Below are positions 5,520-10,237 of a DNA stretch of 10,237 bases, piece after piece. The translations under genes and the position numbers were made by a program. The notes under the pieces are model-generated. The model was given only the letters and a program-made list of their open reading frames with translations. It did no database searches and was not told the DNA's origin. Position 1 is the first letter of the stretch; every line of letters begins with the position of its first letter. Origin of the DNA: a virus (lineage: Duplodnaviria; Heunggongvirae; Uroviricota; Caudoviricetes); the IMG/VR virus record IMGVR_UViG_3300032665_000013. One strand, written 5' to 3'.

Positions 5520-6218
5520 TCATTTATAAGAAGCTATCAATGCCTCTTTACGTTTATTAAAGTTATGGTGTAATTCTTTCCAATTGTCAAGCCCTGATGT
5601 AGAAAAAAGGTGATGTATGTGTTTATCGTCAATATTTTTAACAGCTTCTAACCCATGTTTTTCAGCTTCAGGATGATGCTTAAACACTGTGCTAAACACA
5701 TGACCAGACGCTTCATTATTGTTTCGTAAAGAATTCTTTTCAGCTATATCCGGACCATATTCTTTACCACCACCTCTAGCCCGAAAATGGAAAGATCCCC
5801 CATGATCTATTGCATGGAGGTTTCCAGTTTTATCATTATGAACAATATTATCATGCTCTAGCCCAACGATATCCCAATTTTTAGTCAATGTTGCGGCATG
5901 ATACATTTTTCCAATTTGATTAGCTTGGTGGTGATTAAGATTTTCAAATTCTTTTGGTTTCATTTGTCTAACATCTGAGTTCCATTTTGTCTTAATTCCA
6001 GATTTTTCGTGCATCTCTGGATTAACTGTATGAATTCCCATATGGTTATAAATTTTACCAGTAAGAGCCTCAGTCTTAGCTTGATCTGGATTAGCATAAT
6101 GCTTTACATAAAACTTATCACCTGTTTTACTATCCTGATGTACACCACCGGGATTCGATCCATATTGTGTACCTGAGACAGGTTTAAGTTCTTCTAAAAA
6201 CATACGAAAAGATTTCAT
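5520..6218 (-). CDS. His-rich HipA/PI3K-like kinase-fold protein (232 aa), putative internal virion protein
   Basis: ATG 6218 with AGGAG SD. GSNPGG loop, FYVK (Lys), TEAL (Glu), NWDIVGLEHDN (catalytic loop), IDHGG (DFG equivalent). 22 His in 232 aa. N-terminus MKSFRMFLEE. Confidence 0.75.
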   Translation of the reverse strand: MKSFRMFLEELKPVSGTQYGSNPGGVHQDSKTGDKFYVKHYANPDQAKTEALTGKIYNHMGIHTVNPEMHEKSGIKTKWNSDVRQMKPKEFENLNHHQANQIGKMYHAATLTKNWDIVGLEHDNIVHNDKTGNLHAIDHGGSFHFRARGGGKEYGPDIAEKNSLRNNNEASGHVFSTVFKHHPEAEKHGLEAVKNIDDKHIHHLFSTSGLDNWKELHHNFNKRKEALIASYK

Positions 6219-6235
6219 GAAATTCTCCTTTCTCA

Positions 6236-6243
6236 TATTTATG
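6236..6243 (-). promoter_or_regulatory. T4-type late promoter (CATAAATA) inside a hairpin upstream of the kinase SD
   Basis: Minus strand reads AATTCT-CATAAATA-TGAGAAAGGAGAATTTC-ATG. Confidence 0.65.
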
Positions 6244-6394
6244 AGAATTGAACTTCCTTGGCTTTTCCTTCTTTAACCTCTTTTCTTCGTTTAGATTGTT
6301 CTTTTCCTACGGCGGGATCCCTAATACTAATCCCGCCACTCCATTCATGGATATCCAACAATACACCTTTATAATTAGTATATTCATTCAACAC
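6239..6394 (-). CDS. Possible small ORF (51 aa, GTG/TTG start)
   Basis: Open frame (V)LNEYTNYKGVLLDIHEWSGG...KEVQFS fills the gap between genes. No SD or homology recognised. Confidence 0.3.
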   Translation of the reverse strand: MLNEYTNYKGVLLDIHEWSGGISIRDPAVGKEQSKRRKEVKEGKAKEVQFS

Positions 6395-6584
6395 TTAGAA
6401 AATCCCGGTATGGAAAAGGAATAGGCTCTGGGTAAGACGGAAATTTAATATAAACTGGTGCCCACAATATCACATGGGATTTGGTAATACTATCTACAAC
6501 CCCAATTTCGTCTCCAATAAACGGCATAGGATACCGACCATCGCTTCTTTTATTTTGGATAACTTTGTCACCAACTTTAACCAT
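6384..6584 (-). CDS. Small hypothetical protein, KOW/SH3-like start (66 aa)
   Basis: MVKVGDKV; GAGGAG SD; own promoter. Confidence 0.8.
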   Translation of the reverse strand: MVKVGDKVIQNKRSDGRYPMPFIGDEIGVVDSITKSHVILWAPVYIKFPSYPEPIPFPYRDFLSVE

Positions 6585-6608
6585 GATCTATCTCCTCTTG
6601 ATGTATTT

Positions 6609-6636
6609 CTTATACCATATTTTAAAAATATGTCAA
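6609..6636 (-). promoter_or_regulatory. Sigma70-like early promoter
   Basis: TTGACA-16-TATAAG. Its leader (ctatctcctcttgatgt on +) is identical over 17 nt to the leader upstream of ORF 3167-3397. Confidence 0.7.
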
Positions 6637-6641
6637 TATAA

Positions 6642-7127
6642 TTATCGAGGCAATTGTGTATTTTTTGTTTCTCTATAATCTCCAAATGAATGATCGAATT
6701 TAAATTCATATAGAAAATAAACGTTGCGAGCATAATCAGGTACAATACCGGGAGTAAATTCATATCCTAGCTGTTTAACTAACGCTTTCATAATTTGTTT
6801 GTCGTCTGTAGACATCTTACGTTCTTCTGGTAGGATTTGTCCCTCTTCGCCTACAGCAGGATGCGTATGTATAAAATACAACATACGACTATCATCTTCC
6901 CATGGAAGAGTCACACTTACACTAGAATCATTAAAAGAGGTGAAAATATTTGTAACTTTACAAATACCTTTGGATTCGTAAATAATAAATCCATGCTCAA
7001 ACCCATCTTCATGTGCCAACCTAGACGCTTCAATTGACTTTTCCATAAGAAGAGGTTGTGCATCACAAGCATATGCAGTGCTGGAACTAACAATAAGCAA
7101 AGTCATCCCTAAAATCATTTTAAACAT
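6642..7127 (-). CDS. Signal-peptide-bearing JAB/MPN-like (DUF4329-like) protein
   Basis: N-terminal MFKMILGMTLLIVSSSTAYA (K, hydrophobic core, AxA), then EHGFIIY...FIHTHP...MSTDD (E...HxH...SxxD). Confidence 0.65.
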   Translation of the reverse strand: MFKMILGMTLLIVSSSTAYACDAQPLLMEKSIEASRLAHEDGFEHGFIIYESKGICKVTNIFTSFNDSSVSVTLPWEDDSRMLYFIHTHPAVGEEGQILPEERKMSTDDKQIMKALVKQLGYEFTPGIVPDYARNVYFLYEFKFDHSFGDYRETKNTQLPR

Positions 7128-7153
7128 AATATACTCTCCTAATCAATGATTAT

Positions 7154-7181
7154 ACGTTACCATATTTTTAAAATATGTCAA
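7154..7181 (-). promoter_or_regulatory. Sigma70-like early promoter
   Basis: TTGACA-16-TAACGT; spacer nearly identical to that of the 6609-6636 promoter. Confidence 0.6.
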
Positions 7182-7195
7182 TAGATATTTTCAAA

Positions 7196-7921
7196 TTAGT
7201 TTGTAATACACAACATTTCAGAAGTGGTACGGGTCACCGCACGAGAAAGATTAACATTATTTGCCGTCTCTTGTCCCTTACGGTACGCTGAATAATCTTT
7301 CACAGTTGTAGACGTATTGGATTTGCGAAGCTTAATTCCATGTTCTGCAAAAGCATCTTCTACAATTTGATTCTTCAAAACCATCAAACTGGTTCCACCA
7401 CATGCCCGCATTTCATTAACATTTTCTGCCTTCATTTCGTTAATGCGACTTGCCAGCCTATAGCCCATACCTGTAATAAAAGAAGATGAGGTAGCACGAC
7501 GATTAGAACTATTAATCCAAGCCGGAGTTTTCTTAAACTTTTCTGTCTCATTTTTAATAGCATTATCAATGACATCATATAGATACTTGGCAACCAGAAT
7601 ATCATTCTCTTGGCCAAAGAAAGTATATCGTATACCGTCAAAACCACGATTGCTCCAAACTTTACAATTAGTAAAGCCTGCGATTGCAGAAAGGGCAAAA
7701 TAAACTCCATGGCGATGCTTAGAACCGGTATAAATTATTTCTGATACACAAGGTTCATCCCGAACTTCGACTTCATCCATGGAAAGGTTATATTGATTCA
7801 ACAACTTACCGACCATAAAAATTGCGGCCTCGGCTTCGGCCTCTGTACAACCGTTATCGATAGTCTTAGCAGCCAATGCACGGATACGGGCTTTGATATT
7901 TTCAATCTTGGTGTTGGTCAT
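7196..7921 (-). CDS. DUF2786-like domain protein (241 aa)
   Basis: N-terminal KIENIKARIRALAAKT...TEAEAEAA...KLLNQYNLS matches the DUF2786 pattern; GGAG SD. Confidence 0.8.
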   Translation of the reverse strand: MTNTKIENIKARIRALAAKTIDNGCTEAEAEAAIFMVGKLLNQYNLSMDEVEVRDEPCVSEIIYTGSKHRHGVYFALSAIAGFTNCKVWSNRGFDGIRYTFFGQENDILVAKYLYDVIDNAIKNETEKFKKTPAWINSSNRRATSSSFITGMGYRLASRINEMKAENVNEMRACGGTSLMVLKNQIVEDAFAEHGIKLRKSNTSTTVKDYSAYRKGQETANNVNLSRAVTRTTSEMLCITN

Positions 7922-7948
7922 GATGAAATCTCCGTCTTGTTGAAAATT

Positions 7949-7976
7949 GGTATATCAGATTTAAAATCTATGTCAA
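7949..7976 (-). promoter_or_regulatory. Sigma70-like early promoter
   Basis: TTGACA (overlapping the upstream gene's TGA), 16 nt, TATACC. Confidence 0.55.
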
Positions 7977-8338
7977 ATCATTTTTTCAATTTTTTCACAA
8001 ATTTTCAACATTTCCAGTCGAATTGTTTTTAGATTTCCATTATCCAAAATATTTGAAATTTCCTTCTTAATAAGATTACGATTTCTTTCATCCTGTTGGT
8101 TTTTAATCATTTCGGAATAGGTGTCTTCGGTCACAATATTCCAACTCCTAAAACTACTAAAAAGATTGATTTCGGAACAACGATTATTAAATTTAATTTC
8201 TTCTGGTCCTGATATAACAGTAATCCTTCCAGTAGGAGTCTTGTTTGTGACCTTACCTGTACGATACAGATCGTAAGGAGACCTCAGAAAAACAGTGTCG
8301 CCAACATTGATGGATTCGGTTGTGAACAATATGGTCAT
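7973..8338 (-). CDS. Hypothetical protein, KOW/SH3-like N-terminus (121 aa)
   Basis: INVGDTVFL...GKVTNKTPTGRITV; GAGGA SD. Confidence 0.8.
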   Translation of the reverse strand: MTILFTTESINVGDTVFLRSPYDLYRTGKVTNKTPTGRITVISGPEEIKFNNRCSEINLFSSFRSWNIVTEDTYSEMIKNQQDERNRNLIKKEISNILDNGNLKTIRLEMLKICEKIEKMI

Positions 8339-8364
8339 AGTTAATTCCTCTATCTATGAAGGTT

Positions 8365-8392
8365 CTTATATATTAAATAAAATCTTTGTCAA
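8365..8392 (-). promoter_or_regulatory. Sigma70-like early promoter
   Basis: TTGACA-16-TATAAG. Confidence 0.65.
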
Positions 8393-8403
8393 CACTTATT
8401 TTA

Positions 8404-8411
8404 TATAAATA
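8404..8411 (+). promoter_or_regulatory. Perfect T4 late promoter TATAAATA
   Basis: Exact consensus, followed by AAGGA and ATG 8420. Confidence 0.6.
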
Positions 8412-8418
8412 AGGATGA

Positions 8419-8763
8419 TATGGTAGGAAAAATAATCAAACCGGAATTCTATTAAATTTAACTGATGGTGGAGATGGCAATCATGGTCAGGTCCACACCT
8501 TAGAACGTAGGGAAAAACAATCAAAATTTATAAAGAATAATAATCCATCTTTTGATCCAAAGGTTAAACAAAAATTAACCAATAAAGACTATATGAAAAC
8601 TATAGAATATAAGCAAAAAATGAGTATACGCAAAAAAGGAACTATTTCCAAAACGAAAAGAAAAATAATATATAAAGATAAAGTATATTATGGATGGTCC
8701 GAATTTACAAAATTAACTGGAATTTCCAGATATTCTTTCAATAAATTTCTTCAAATGTCTTGA
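8419..8763 (+). pseudogene. 5'-truncated GIY-YIG homing endonuclease remnant (114 codons)
   Basis: Not in the ORF track. Open frame after TGA: YGRKNNQTGILLNLTDGGDG (end of the GIY-YIG domain), NUMOD3-like HTLERREKQS and YKQKMSIRKKG, HTH-like tail. No in-frame start until Met 8593. Confidence 0.75.
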
Positions 8764-9144
8764 ACTTATTCTAACAGTACACCAATCATTGAAATATTCG
8801 TTAGAGATTATAGCATCTCTAACGAATATTTCTTTTGTTTCTAGATAATTACACTCAGAAACAGAATAACACAGATGTAGTATTCGTCTATTAAATTCTT
8901 CCTTACCATAATTATCGACTGCCGCCAATAAAGCTGGTGAAGAGCCGTAATAATCTTTCCAATCAGATTCTTTTCTTATCTTCTTTTTTACACCTTTTAC
9001 CTGTTTGATTCCAGCAGCTGTAAAAAATTTTCTACCGATATACATTTTTCCTGTAGTAGGGTGAGTAATCAAATAAACAAACCCATACGGTTGAGGTGAA
9101 TAATCTTCCAAATTAAATTCATGACCTTTATAATACCAAGTCAT
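8713..9144 (-). CDS. GIY-YIG family nuclease (143 aa)
   Basis: GFVY...MYIGRK, YYGSS, YLE, EYFN motifs. Confidence 0.85.
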   Translation of the reverse strand: MTWYYKGHEFNLEDYSPQPYGFVYLITHPTTGKMYIGRKFFTAAGIKQVKGVKKKIRKESDWKDYYGSSPALLAAVDNYGKEEFNRRILHLCYSVSECNYLETKEIFVRDAIISNEYFNDWCTVRISSRHLKKFIERISGNSS

Positions 9145-9293
9145 TCTTCATCCTCTTTTTCTTCATCATCATCTTCTTCTTCGATGATAGAAGAACAAAA
9201 AGGACAATATTCTATGGGATAAAAACTTTCCGATACAACTCTAAATTCTGTGTCACAACTTGAACACGTTACCCAATTTCCAACTTTTGCCAT
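9141..9293 (-). CDS. Zn-ribbon protein with acidic tail (50 aa)
   Basis: Below the ORF-track cutoff. MAKVGNWVTCSSCDTEF...YCPFCSSIIEEEDDDEEKEDEE. ATGA overlap with the GIY-YIG gene. Confidence 0.8.
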   Translation of the reverse strand: MAKVGNWVTCSSCDTEFRVVSESFYPIEYCPFCSSIIEEEDDDEEKEDEE

Positions 9294-9763
9294 TTTGTTA
9301 CTAAAACTCCGCATTTCAATAAAAATTCTATACCATCTGTGGCATAGTCATCTTTATATATGACTTCAGAAATTTTAGCATTCTTTAGCAACTTAGCACA
9401 ATGAATGCAGGGGGCTAATGTAACAAAAGCAATAGCTCCCTCTGACGACTGATTAGAGGATGCTAACTTGGCGATGGCATTTTCTTCTGCATGGCTAACA
9501 GATGGATCCGTGACGAGTTTATAGCAACGTTCAAAAGTATCTGAATATGGAAAATCACAAAGATGATGGGATTTGTCTAATCGATTATAATAGACCTTAT
9601 ATTCGCAACAATTATCCCATCCGTTAGGAGTTCCATTGTATCCAAATGATAGTATATTACCGTCTTTTACAATAACACATCCAACTTTTCTACGCTCAGC
9701 GTATGATAGGGTGGCAGCATTTTCAGCTACCCCCATGAAAAAATCTACAAATTTCTTCTTCAT
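9269..9763 (-). CDS. cd: dCMP deaminase
   Basis: KVGCVIV, GYNGTP, HAEENA, PCIHC zinc motifs. Confidence 0.95.
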   Translation of the reverse strand: MKKKFVDFFMGVAENAATLSYAERRKVGCVIVKDGNILSFGYNGTPNGWDNCCEYKVYYNRLDKSHHLCDFPYSDTFERCYKLVTDPSVSHAEENAIAKLASSNQSSEGAIAFVTLAPCIHCAKLLKNAKISEVIYKDDYATDGIEFLLKCGVLVTKWQKLEIG

Positions 9764-9945
9764 TTAAAATTCTTATACAAAAAATTAGAAGATATAAAAT
9801 TATCTTTCCAATTCCAATCATCAAGAACCAATTGATTAAATGTGGTGTCGTCTATTTCAATAACATCTTCCACAGATAGCTCTAGCATGCGTATAGCCTT
9901 ATCATAACATTCCTTTCAATATTTCGCATAATTAGTTATCCCCAA
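9760..9945 (-). pseudogene. Truncated or interrupted hypothetical gene (42 aa from ATG 9888)
   Basis: Frame reads LGITNYAKY*KECYDKAIRMLELSVEDVIEIDDTTFNQLVLDDWNWK... with an in-frame TGA at 9916-9918. Its stop overlaps the cd start (ATGA). Confidence 0.45.
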
Positions 9946-9975
9946 ATATACCCTCTAAATCTACCCCCAACATAT

Positions 9976-10152
9976 TTATTCTCCTATCCATTTAATCTGA
10001 TTTAAAGGAAGGATTTTAATTTCTTCTTCCCCCTTATCATTCATTAATACAAATCTAACTCGGGATGAATTGGTAAAATTCTGATATTCAACGACATTCC
10101 AAATTTTACCCGAATCCTCCCAATTATCATTATCTATCCTTATTTGCTTCAT
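9976..10152 (-). CDS. Hypothetical protein (58 aa)
   Basis: MKQIRIDNDNWEDSGKIWNVVEY...KWIGE. ATGA overlap with the RNR stop; GGAGG SD. Confidence 0.7.
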   Translation of the reverse strand: MKQIRIDNDNWEDSGKIWNVVEYQNFTNSSRVRFVLMNDKGEEEIKILPLNQIKWIGE

Positions 10153-10237
10153 ATTTCACATCCTCCTCCTGCACAAGCTGCCTGTTCAGATAATTTGGTG
10201 TCATCATAATCCTCAACAACCTGCGTAAGATCTATAT
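10149..10237 (-). CDS. Ribonucleotide reductase large subunit, C-terminal end (probably class II)
   Basis: IDLTQVVEDYDDTKLSEQAACAGGGCEI*, the redox-active C-terminal Cys pair. The class cannot be fixed from 28 aa. Confidence 0.8.
   Translation of the reverse strand, partial: IDLTQVVEDYDDTKLSEQAACAGGGCEI

Noticed and set aside
6311-6337. Intrinsic terminator
   Set aside because: There is no U tract 3' of the stem on either strand.
6481-8032. ORFs 6481-6678, 6494-6763, 6799-6981, 6837-7037, 7432-7710 and 7793-8032
   Set aside because: They are alternate-frame or antisense overlaps of better-supported genes and promoters.
1-10237. Genome-wide stop-codon reassignment; CRISPR array; IS element
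   Set aside because: TGA and TAA end well-formed genes with ATGA coupling, and no suppressor anticodon is present. There are no repeat-spacer units, transposase or terminal inverted repeats.

Overview
AT-rich segment of a large T4-like (myovirus-type) phage genome. Most genes are on the minus strand. Left (1-3106): eight tRNA genes (Gly, Cys, Ile, Val, His, Lys, Arg, Asn), several with strongly non-canonical folds. They are interleaved with a stand-alone GGQ (release-factor-like) domain, a Pth2 peptidyl-tRNA hydrolase, a PD-(D/E)xK-like nuclease and small ORFs. Middle (3463-6243): a convergent cassette driven by T4-type late promoters. It holds two tandem VIP2/C3-like ADP-ribosyltransferases (+) and a HipA/PI3K-like kinase with a small downstream ORF (-). 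All three enzymes are about 9-12% His and begin with a motif resembling the T4 internal-protein capsid targeting sequence, so they are candidate virion-packaged, injected effectors. Right (6384-10237): single early genes behind TTGACA promoters (a signal-peptide JAB/MPN-like protein, a DUF2786-like protein), a truncated homing-endonuclease remnant, a GIY-YIG protein, a Zn-ribbon protein, dCMP deaminase and the C-terminus of a ribonucleotide reductase. All family calls come from motif recognition by eye; no searches were run.
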